Assembly (NCBI RefSeq): GCF_009914755.1
Contig: NC_060943.1
Reading direction: 5' to 3' (one strand)
Source of the DNA: the human T2T-CHM13v2.0 reference genome, Homo sapiens
DNA length: 64,000 nucleotides
Within the stretch, counting starts at the first letter, position 1; every line of letters starts with the position of its first letter. Positions 53,101-64,000 of this stretch are shown piece by piece. The notes beneath the pieces are model-generated. The model saw only the letters and a program-made list of their open reading frames with translations. It made no database searches and was not told where the DNA came from. The position numbers and the translations under genes were made by a program.

Positions 53101-55000
53101 ACTTCTTTGAGGCCTTCGTTGGAAGCGGGATTTCTTCATATTCTGCTAGACAGAAGAATTCTCAGTAACTGCCTTGTGTTGTGTGTATTCAACTCACAGA
53201 GTTGAACGATCCTTTACACAGAGCAGACTTGAAACACTCTTTTTGTGGAATTTGCAAGTGGAGATTTCAGCCGCTTTGAGGTCAATGGTAGAATAGGAAA
53301 TATCTTCCTATAGAAAATAGACAGAATGATTCTCAGAAACTCCTTTGTGATGTGTGCGTTCAACTCACAGAGTTCAACCTTTCTTTTCATAGAGCAGTTG
53401 GGAAACACTCTGTTTGTAAAGTCTGCAAGTGGATATTCAGACCTCCTTGAGGCCTTCATTGGAAGCGGGATTTCTTCATGTTCTGCTAGACAGAAGAATT
53501 CTCAGAAACTTCCTTGTGTTGTGTGTTTTCAACTCACAGAGTTGAACGATCCTTTACACAGAGCAGACTTGAAACACTTCTTTTGTGGAATTTGCAAGTG
53601 GAGATTTCAGCCGCTTTGAGGTCAATGGTAGAATAGGAAATATCTTCCTATAGAAAGTAGACAGAATGATTCTCAGAAACTCCTTTGTGATGTGTGCGTT
53701 CAACTCACAGAGTTTAACCTTTCTTTTCATAGACCAGTTAGGAAACAATCTGTATGTAAAGTCTGCAAGTGGATATTCAGACCTCCTTGAGGCCTTCGTT
53801 GGAAGCGGGATTTCTTCATGTTCTGCCAGACAGAAGAATTCTCAGAAACTTCCTTGTGTTGTGTGTTTTCACCTCACAGAGTTGAACGATCCTTTACACA
53901 GAGCAGACTTGAAACACTCTTTTTGTGGTATTTGCAAGTGGAGATTTCAGCCGCTTTGAGTTCAATGGTAGAATAGGAAATATCTTCCTATAGAAACTAG
54001 ACAGAATGATTCTCAGAAACTCCTTTGTGATGTGTGCGTTCAACTCACAGAGTTCAACCTTTCTTTTCATAGAGCAGTTGGGAAACACTCTGTTTGTAAA
54101 GTCTGCAAGTGGATATTCAGACTTATTTGAGGCCTTAGTTGGAAGCGGGATTTCTTCATGTTCTGCTAGACAGAAGAATTCTCAGAAACTTCCTTGTGTT
54201 GTGTGTTTTCAACTCACAGAGTTGAACGATCCTTTACACAGAGCAGACTTGAAACACTCCTTTTGTGGAATTTGCAAGTGGAGATTTCAGCCGCTTTGAG
54301 GTCAATGGTAGAATAGGAAATATCTTCCTATAGAAAGTAGACAGAATGATTCTCAGAAACTCCTTTGTGATGTGTGCGTTCAACTCACAGAGTTTAACCT
54401 TTCTTTTCATAGAGCAGTTAGGAAACACTCTGTTTGTAAAGTCTGCAAGTGGATATTCAGACATCCTTGAGGCTTTCGTTGGAAACGGGATTTCTTCATA
54501 TTCTGCTAGAAAGAAGAATTCTCAGTAACTTCCTTGTGTTGTGTGTATTCAACTCACAGAGTTGAACGATCCTTTACACAGAGCAGACTTGAAACACTCC
54601 TTTTGTGGAATTTGCAAGTGGAGATTTCAGCCGCTTTGAGGTCAATGGTAGAATAGGAAATATCTTCCTATAGAAACTAGACAGAATGATTCTCAGAAAC
54701 TCCTTTGTGATGTGTGCGTTCAACTCACAGAGTTTAACCTTTCTTTTCATAGAGCAGTTGGGAAACACTCTGTTTGTAAAGTCTGCAAGTGGATATTCAG
54801 ACATCCTTGAGGCTTTCGTTGGAAACGGGATTTCTTCATATTCTGCTAGAAAGAAGAATTCTCAGTAACTTCCTTGTGTTGTGTGTATTCAACTCACAGA
54901 GTTGCACGATCCTTTACACAGAGCAGACTTGAAACACTCTTTTTGTGGAATTTGCAAGTGGAGATTTCAGCCGCTTTGAGGTCAATGGTAGAATAGGAAA
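44150..55000 (+). repeat. Tandem duplication of a 5100-bp (15-dimer) unit
   Basis: GGCCTTCATT at 48351/53451, GGAAACAATCTGTATG at 48641/53741, TTCTGCCAGA at 48721/53821 and ACCTCACAGA at 48771/53871. The ORF series repeats at +5100. Confidence 0.88.
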
Positions 55001-58000
55001 TATCTTCCTATAGAAACTAGACAGAATGATTCTCAGGAACTTCTTTGTGATGTTTGCGTTCAACTCACAGAGTTTAACCTTTCTTTTCATAGAGCAGTTA
55101 GGAAACTCTCTGTTTGTAAAGTCTGCAAGTGGATATTCAGACCTCCTTGAGGCCTTCGTTGGAAGCGGGATTTCTTCATGTTCTGCTAGACAGAAGAATT
55201 CTCAGAAACTTCCTTGTGTTGTGTGTTTTCAACTCACAGAGTTGAACGATCCTTTACACAGAGCAGACTTGAAACACTTCTTTTGTGGAATTTGCAAGTG
55301 GAGATTTCAGCCGCTTTGAGGTCAATGGTAGAATAGGAAATATCTTCCTATAGAAAGTAGACAGAATGATTCTCAGAAACTCCTTTGTGATGTGTGCGTT
55401 CAACTCACAGAGTTTAACCTTTCTTTTCATAGACCAGTTAGGAAACACTCTGTTTGTAAAGTCTGCAAGTGGATATTCAGACCTCCTTGAGGCCTTCGTT
55501 GGAAGCGGGATTTCTTCATGTTCTGCTAGACAGAAGAATTCTCAGAAACTTCCTTGTGTTGTGTGTTTTCAACTCACAGAGTTGAACGATCCTTTACACA
55601 GAGCAGACTTGAAACACTCTTTTTGTGGTATTTGCAAGTGGAGATTTCAGCCGCTTTGAGTTCAATGGTAGAATAGGAAATATCTTCCTATAGAAACTAG
55701 ACAGAATGATTCTCAGAAACTCCTTTGTGATGTGTGCGTTCAACTCACAGAGTTCAACCTTTCTTTTCATAGAGCAGTTGGGAAACACTCTGTTTGTAAA
55801 GTCTGCAAGTGGATATTCAGACTTATTTGAGGCCTTAGTTGGAAGCGGGATTTCTTCATGTTCTGCTAGACAGAAGAATTCTCAGAAACTTCCTTGTGTT
55901 GTGTGTTTTCAACTCACAGAGTTGAACGATCCTTTACACAGAGCAGACTTGAAACACTCCTTTTGTGGAATTTGCAAGTGGAGATTTCAGCCGCTTTGAG
56001 GTCAATGGTAGAATAGGAAATATCTTCCTATAGAAAGTAGACAGAATGATTCTCAGAAACTCCTTTGTGATGTGTGCGTTCAACTCACAGAGTTTAACCT
56101 TTCTTTTCATAGAGCAGTTAGGAAACACTCTGTTTGTAAAGTCTGCAAGTGGATATTCAGACCTCCTTGAGGCATTCGTTGGAAACGGGATTTCTTCATA
56201 TTATGCTAGACAGAAGAATTCTCAGTAACTTCCTTGTGTTGTGTGTATTCAACTCACAGAGTTGAACGATCCTTTACACAGAGCAGACTTGAAACACTCT
56301 TTTTGTGGAATTTGCAAGTGGAGATTTCAGCCGCTGTGAGTTCAATGGTAGAATAGGAAATATCTTCCTATAGAAACTAGACAGAATGATTCTCAGAAAC
56401 TCCTTTGTGATGTGTGCGTTCAACTCACAGAGTTCAACCTTTCTTTTCATAGAGCAGTTGGGAAACACTCTGTTTGTAAAGTCTGCAAGTGGATATTCAG
56501 ACTTCTTTGAGGCCTTCGTTGGAAGCGGGATTTCTTCATATTCTGCTAGACAGAAGAATTCTCAGTAACTGCCTTGTGTTGTGTGTATTCAACTCACAGA
56601 GTTGAACGATCCTTTACACAGAGCAGACTTGAAACACTCTTTTTGTGGAATTTGCAAGTGGAGATTTCAGCCGCTTTGAGGTCAATGGTAGAATAGGAAA
56701 TATCTTCCTATAGAAAATAGACAGAATGATTCTCAGAAACTCCTTTGTGATGTGTGCGTTCAACTCACAGAGTTCAACCTTTCTTTTCATAGAGCAGTTG
56801 GGAAACACTCTGTTTGTAAAGTCTGCAAGTGGATATTCAGACTTCTTTGAGGCCTTCGTTGGAAGCGGGATTTCTTCATGTTCTGCTAGACAGAAGAATT
56901 CTCAGAAACTTCCTTGTGTTGTGTGTTTTCAACTCACAGAGTTGAACGATCCTTTACACAGAGCAGACTTGAAACACTCCTTTTGTGGAATTTGCAAGTG
57001 GAGATTTCAGCCGCTTTGAGGTCAATGGTAGAATAGGAAATATCTTCCTATAGAAAGTAGACAGAATGATTCTCAGAAACTCCTTTGTGATGTGTGCGTT
57101 CAACTCACAGAGTTTAACCTTTCTTTTCATAGAGCAGTTAGGAAACACTCTGTTTGTAAAGTCTGCAAGTGGATATTCAGACCTCCTTGAGGCATTTGTT
57201 GGAAACGGGATTTCTTCATATTATGCTAGACAGAAGAATTCTCAGTAACTTCCTTGTGTTGTGTGTATTCAACTCACAGAGTTGAACGATCCTTTACACA
57301 GAGCAGACTTGAAACACTCTTTTTGTGGAATTTGCAAGTGGAGATTTCAGCCGCTGTGAGTTCAATGGTAGAATAGGAAATATCTTCCTATAGAAACTAG
57401 ACAGAATGATTCTCAGAAACTCCTTTGTGATGTGTGCGTTCAACTCACAGAGTTTAACCTTTCTTTTCATAGAGCAGTTGGGAAACACTCTGTTTGTAAA
57501 GTCTGCAAGTGGATATTCAGACTTCTTTGAGGCCTTCGTTGGAAGCGGGATTTCTTCATATTCTGCTAGACAGAAGAATTCTCAGTAACTTCCTTGTGTT
57601 GTGTGTATTCAACTCACAGAGTTGAACGATCCTTTACACAGAGCAGACTTGAAACACTCTTTTTGTGGAATTTGCAAGTGGAGATTTCAGCCGCTTTGAG
57701 GTCAATGGTAGAATAGGAAATATCTTCCTATAGAAACTAGACAGAATGATTCTCAGAAACTCCTTTGTGATGTGTGCGTTCAACTCACAGAGTTTAACCT
57801 TTCTTTTCATAGAGCAGTTAGGAAACACTCTGTTTGTAAAGTCTGCAAGTGGATATTCAGACATCCTTGAGGCTTTCGTTGGAAACGGGATTTCTTCATA
57901 TTCTGCTAGAAAGAAGAATTCTCAGTAACTTCCTTGTGTTGTGTGTATTCAACTCACAGAGTTGAACGATCCTTTACACAGAGCAGACTTGAAACACTCC

Positions 58001-61000
58001 TTTTGTGGAATTTGCAAGTGGAGATTTCAGCCGCTTTGAGGTCAATGGTAGAATAGGAAATATCTTCCTATAGAAACTAGACAGAATGATTCTCAGAAAC
58101 TCCTTTGTGATGTGTGCGTTCAACTCACAGAGTTTAACCTTTCTTTTCATAGAGCAGTTGGGAAACACTCTGTTTGTAAAGTCTGCAAGTGGATATTCAG
58201 ACATCCTTGAGGCTTTCGTTGGAAACGGGATTTCTTCATATTCTGCTAGAAAGAAGAATTCTCAGTAACTTCCTTGTGTTGTGTGTATTCAACTCACAGA
58301 GTTGCACGATCCTTTACACAGAGCAGACTTGAAACACTCTTTTTGTGGAATTTGCAAGTGGAGATTTCAGCCGCTTTGAGGTCAATGGTAGAATAGGAAA
58401 TATCTTCCTATAGAAACTAGACAGAATGATTCTCAGAAACTTCTTTGTGATGTTTGCGTTCAACTCACAGAGTTTAACCTTTCTTTTCATAGAGCAGTTA
58501 GGAAACTCTCTGTTTGTAAAGTCTGCAAGTGGATATTCAGACCTCCTTGAGGCCTTCGTTGGAAGCGGGATTTCTTCATGTTCTGCTAGACAGAAGAATT
58601 CTCAGAAACTTCCTTGTGTTGTGTGTTTTCAACTCACAGAGTTGAACGATCCTTTACACAGAGCAGACTTGAAACACTTCTTTTGTGGAATTTGCAAGTG
58701 GAGATTTCAGCCGCTTTGAGGTCAATGGTAGAATAGGAAATATCTTCCTATAGAAAGTAGACAGAATGATTCTCAGAAACTCCTTTGTGATGTGTGCGTT
58801 CAACTCACAGAGTTTAACCTTTCTTTTCATAGACCAGTTAGGAAACACTCTGTTTGTAAAGTCCGCAAGTGGATATTCAGACCTCCTTGAGGCCTTCGTT
58901 GGAAGCGGGATTTCTTCATGTTCTGCTAGACAGAAGAATTCTCAGAAACTTCCTTGTGTTGTGTGTTTTCAACTCACAGAGTTGAACGATCCTTTACACA
59001 GAGCAGACTTGAAACACTCTTTTTGTGGTATTTGCAAGTGGAGATTTCAGCCGCTTTGAGTTCAATGGTAGAATAGGAAATATCTTCCTATAGAAACTAG
59101 ACAGAATGATTCTCAGAAACTCCTTTGTGATGTGTGCGTTCAACTCACAGAGTTCAACCTTTCTTTTCATAGAGCAGTTGGGAAACACTCTGTTTGTAAA
59201 GTCTGCAAGTGGATATTCAGACTTATTTGAGGCCTTAGTTGGAAGCGGGATTTCTTCATGTTCTGCTAGACAGAAGAATTCTCAGAAACTTCCTTGTGTT
59301 GTGTGTTTTCAACTCACAGAGTTGAACGATCCTTTACACAGAGCAGACTTGAAACACTCCTTTTGTGGAATTTGCAAGTGGAGATTTCAGCCGCTTTGAG
59401 GTCAATGGTAGAATAGGAAATATCTTCCTATAGAAAGTAGACAGAATGATTCTCAGAAACTCCTTTGTGATGTGTGCGTTCAACTCACAGAGTTTAACCT
59501 TTCTTTTCATAGAGCAGTTAGGAAACACTCTGTTTGTAAAGTCTGCAAGTGGATATTCAGACCTCCTTGAGGCATTCGTTGGAAACGGGATTTCTTCATA
59601 TTATGCTAGACAGAAGAATTCTCAGTAACTTCCTTGTGTTGTGTGTATTCAACTCACAGAGTTGAACGATCCTTTACACAGAGCAGACTTGAAACACTCT
59701 TTTTGTGGAATTTGCAAGTGGAGATTTCAGCCGCTGTGAGTTCAATGGTAGAATAGGAAATATCTTCCTATAGAAACTAGACAGAATGATTCTCAGAAAC
59801 TCCTTTGTGATGTGTGCGTTCAACTCACAGAGTTCAACCTTTCTTTTCATAGAGCAGTTGGGAAACACTCTGTTTGTAAAGTCTGCAAGTGGATATTCAG
59901 ACTTCTTTGAGGCCTTCGTTGGAAGCGGGATTTCTTCATATTCTGCTAGACAGAAGAATTCTCAGTAACTGCCTTGTGTTGTGTGTATTCAACTCACAGA
60001 GTTGAACGATCCTTTACACAGAGCAGACTTGAAACACTCCTTTTGTGGAATTTGCAAGTGGAGATTTCAGCCGCTTTGAGGTCAATGGTAGAATAGGAAA
60101 TATCTTCCTATAGAAAATAGACAGAATGATTCTCAGAAACTCCTTTGTGATGTGTGCGTTCAACTCACAGAGTTCAACCTTTCTTTTCATAGAGCAGTTG
60201 GGAAACACTCTGTTTGTAAAGTCTGCAAGTGGATATTCAGACTTCTTTGAGGCCTTCGTTGGAAGCGGGATTTCTTCATATTCTGCTAGACAGAAGAATT
60301 CTCAGTAACTGCCTTGTGTTGTGTGTATTCAACTCACAGAGTTGAACGATCCTTTACACAGAGCAGACTTGAAACACTCTTTTTGTGGAATTTGCAAGTG
60401 GAGATTTCAGCCGCTTTGAGGTCAATGGTAGAATAGGAAATATCTTCGTATAGAAACTAGACAGAATGATTCTCAGAAACTCCTTTGTGATGTGTGCGTT
60501 CAACTCACAGAGTTTAACCTTTCTTTTCTTAGAGCAGTTAGGAAACACTCTGATTGTAAAGTCTGCAAGTGGATATTCAGACCTCCTTGAGGCCTTCGTT
60601 GGAAACGGGATTTCTTCATATTATGCTAGACAGAAGAATTCTCAGTAACTTCCTTGTGTTGTGTGTATTCAACTCACAGAGTTGAACGATCCTTTACACA
60701 GAGCAGACTTGAAACACTCTTTTTGTGGAATTTGCAAGTGGAGATTTCAGCCACTGTGAGTTCAATGGTAGAATAGGAAATATCTTCCTATAGAAACTAG
60801 ACAGAATGATTCTCAGAAACTCCTTTGTGATGTGTGCGTTCAACTCACAGAGTTTAACCTTTCTTTTCATAGAGCAGTTGGGAAACACTCTGTTTGTAAA
60901 GTCTGCAAGTGGATATTCATACTTCTTTGAGGCCTTCGTTGGAAGCGGGATTTCTTCATATTCTGCTAGACAGAAGAATTCTCAGTAACTTCCTTGTGTT

Positions 61001-64000
61001 GTGTGTATTCAACTCACAGAGTTGAACGATCCTTTACACAGAGCAGACTTGAAACACTCTTTTTGTGGAATTTGCAAGTGGAGATTTCAGCCGCTTTGAG
61101 GTCAATGGTAGAATAGGAAATATCTTCCTATAGAAACTAGACAGAATGATTCTCAGAAACTCCTTTGTGATGTGTGCGTTCAACTCACAGAGTTTAACCT
61201 TTCTTTTCATAGAGCAGTTAGGAAACACTCTGTTTGTAAAGTCTGCAAGTGGATATTCAGACATCCTTGAGGCTTTCGTTGGAAACGGGATTTCTTCATA
61301 TTCTGCTAGAAAGAAGAATTCTCAGTAACTTCCTTGTGTTGTGTGTATTCAACTCACAGAGTTGAACGATCCTTTACACAGAGCAGACTTGAAACACTCC
61401 TTTTGTGGAATTTGCAAGTGGAGATTTCAGCCGCTTTGAGGTCAATGGTAGAATAGGAAATATCTTCCTATAGAAACTAGACAGAATGATTCTCAGAAAC
61501 TCCTTTGTGATGTGTGCGTTCAACTCACAGAGTTTAACCTTTCTTTTCATAGAGCAGTTGGGAAACACTCTGTTTGTAAAGTCTGCAAGTGGATATTCAG
61601 ACATCCTTGAGGCTTTCGTTGGAAACGGGATTTCTTCATATTCTGCTAGAAAGAAGAATTCTCAGTAACTTCCTTGTGTTGTGTGTATTCAACTCACAGA
61701 GTTGCACGATCCTTTACACAGAGCAGACTTGAAACACTCTTTTTGTGGAATTTGCAAGTGGAGATTTCAGCCGCTTTGAGGTCAATGGTAGAATAGGAAA
61801 TATCTTCCTATAGAAACTAGACAGAATGATTCTCAGAAACTTCTTTGTGATGTTTGCGTTCAACTCACAGAGTTTAACCTTTCTTTTCATAGAGCAGTTA
61901 GGAAACTCTCTGTTTGTAAAGTCTGCAAGTGGATATTCAGACCTCCTTGAGGCCTTCGTTGGAAGCGGGATTTCTTCATGTTCTGCTAGACAGAAGAATT
62001 CTCAGAAACTTCCTTGTGTTGTGTGTTTTCAACTCACAGAGTTGAACGATCCTTTACACAGAGCAGACTTGAAACACTTCTTTTGTGGAATTTGCAAGTG
62101 GAGATTTCAGCCGCTTTGAGGTCAATGGTAGAATAGGAAATATCTTCCTATAGAAAGTAGACAGAATGATTCTCAGAAACTCCTTTGTGATGTGTGCGTT
62201 CAACTCACAGAGTTTAACCTTTCTTTTCATAGACCAGTTAGGAAACACTCTGTTTGTAAAGTCCGCAAGTGGATATTCAGACCTCCTTGAGGCCTTCGTT
62301 GGAAGCGGGATTTCTTCATGTTCTGCTAGACAGAAGAATTCTCAGAAACTTCCTTGTGTTGTGTGTTTTCAACTCACAGAGTTGAACGATCCTTTACACA
62401 GAGCAGACTTGAAACACTCTTTTTGTGGTATTTGCAAGTGGAGATTTCAGCCGCTTTGAGTTCAATGGTAGAATAGGAAATATCTTCCTATAGAAACTAG
62501 ACAGAATGATTCTCAGAAACTCCTTTGTGATGTGTGCGTTCAACTCACAGAGTTCAACCTTTCTTTTCATAGAGCAGTTGGGAAACACTCTGTTTGTAAA
62601 GTCTGCAAGTGGATATTCAGACTTATTTGAGGCCTTAGTTGGAAGCGGGATTTCTTCATGTTCTGCTAGACAGAAGAATTCTCAGAAACTTCCTTGTGTT
62701 GTGTGTTTTCAACTCACAGAGTTGAACGATCCTTTACACAGAGCAGACTTGAAACACTCCTTTTGTGGAATTTGCAAGTGGAGATTTCAGCCGCTTTGAG
62801 GTCAATGGTAGAATAGGAAATATCTTCCTATAGAAAGTAGACAGAATGATTCTCAGAAACTCCTTTGTGATGTGTGCGTTCAACTCACAGAGTTTAACCT
62901 TTCTTTTCATAGAGCAGTTAGGAAACACTCTGTTTGTAAAGTCTGCAAGTGGATATTCAGACCTCCTTGAGGCATTCGTTGGAAACGGGATTTCTTCATA
63001 TTATGCTAGACAGAAGAATTCTCAGTAACTTCCTTGTGTTGTGTGTATTCAACTCACAGAGTTGAACGATCCTTTACACAGAGCAGACTTGAAACACTCT
63101 TTTTGTGGAATTTGCAAGTGGAGATTTCAGCCGCTGTGAGTTCAATGGTAGAATAGGAAATATCTTCCTATAGAAACTAGACAGAATGATTCTCAGAAAC
63201 TCCTTTGTGATGTGTGCGTTCAACTCACAGAGTTCAACCTTTCTTTTCATAGAGCAGTTGGGAAACACTCTGTTTGTAAAGTCTGCAAGTGGATATTCAG
63301 ACTTCTTTGAGGCCTTCGTTGGAAGCGGGATTTCTTCATATTCTGCTAGACAGAAGAATTCTCAGTAACTGCCTTGTGTTGTGTGTATTCAACTCACAGA
63401 GTTGAACGATCCTTTACACAGAGCAGACTTGAAACACTCTTTTTGTGGAATTTGCAAGTGGAGATTTCAGCCGCTTTGAGGTCAATGGTAGAATAGGAAA
63501 TATCTTCCTATAGAAAATAGACAGAATGATTCTCAGAAACTCCTTTGTGATGTGTGCGTTCAACTCACAGAGTTCAACCTTTCTTTTCATAGAGCAGTTG
63601 GGAAACACTCTGTTTGTAAAGTCTGCAAGTGGATATTCAGACTTCTTTGAGGCCTTCGTTGGAAGCGGGATTTCTTCATATTCTGCTAGACAGAAGAATT
63701 CTCAGTAACTGCCTTGTGTTGTGTGTATTCAACTCACAGAGTTGAACGATCCTTTACACAGAGCAGACTTGAAACACTCTTTTTGTGGAATTTGCAAGTG
63801 GAGATTTCAGCCGCTTTGAGGTCAATGGTAGAATAGGAAATATCTTCGTATAGAAACTAGACAGAATGATTCTCAGAAACTCCTTTGTGATGTGTGCGTT
63901 CAACTCACAGAGTTTAACCTTTCTTTTCTTAGAGCAGTTAGGAAACACTCTGATTGTAAAGTCTGCAAGTGGATATTCAGACCTCCTTGAGGCCTTCGTT
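54350..64000 (+). repeat. Tandem array of a 3400-bp (10-dimer) unit, about 2.8 copies, running off the window end
   Basis: GGAAACTCTC at 55101/58501/61901, TTAG-mutant boxes at 55834/59234/62634 and TAGAAAATAG at 56711/60111/63511. Confidence 0.88.

Larger units (their letters stand above)
1..64000 (+). repeat. Centromeric alpha-satellite array, SF1 (J1/J2) 340-bp dimer; likely human D1Z7/D5Z2/D19Z3 (S1C1/5/19H1L)
   Basis: Exact 340-bp period: EcoRI GAATTC at 146, 486, 826 and onward, and ORFs recurring every 340 bp. Two related monomers of 171 and 169 bp alternate, with a CENP-B box in every second monomer and uniform orientation. The alpha-satellite call is secure. The family name comes from my recall of the SF1 EcoRI dimer, not from an alignment. 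Confidence 0.95.

Noticed and set aside
204-63948. Hundreds of 60-124 aa ORFs on both strands
   Set aside because: They are translations of the satellite unit recurring every 340 bp. Many use non-ATG starts, they are freely broken by stops and frameshifts, and they show no recognisable domain.
1-64000. CRISPR-like or repeat-spacer array
   Set aside because: There are no unique spacers and no cas genes; the entire unit is repeated.
1-64000. Array inversion or strand switch
   Set aside because: Every CENP-B box and monomer I read is in the same orientation.
1-64000. Assignment to a specific chromosome (1, 5 or 19) or to the kinetochore site
   Set aside because: The family is shared among these chromosomes and CENP-A position is epigenetic, so this needs alignment and chromatin data.

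Overview
The whole 64 kb is uninterrupted, single-orientation centromeric alpha-satellite DNA. It is about 188 copies of a 340-bp dimer: a 171-bp A-type monomer plus a 169-bp B-type monomer carrying a CENP-B box, with one EcoRI site per dimer. This matches human suprachromosomal family 1 (J1/J2), most likely the D1Z7/D5Z2/D19Z3 (S1C1/5/19H1L) array; I cannot tell which chromosome. I see no genes, transposons, inversions or CRISPR arrays, and the listed ORFs are artefacts of the repeat. I found no new gene-encoded system. The interesting signal is the internal structure of the array. (1) An island at about 14-20 kb holds three copies of a divergent multi-monomer block, probably the ancestral hexamer HOR. 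(2) SNP-defined super-periods of 2, 5, 6/7, 10 and 15 dimers overlie the dimer. (3) Dimers with broken CENP-B boxes have been amplified. (4) There is an apparent short gene-conversion tract and a recurrent 4-bp deletion. All comparisons were made by eye and from the ORF track, so block boundaries are approximate.
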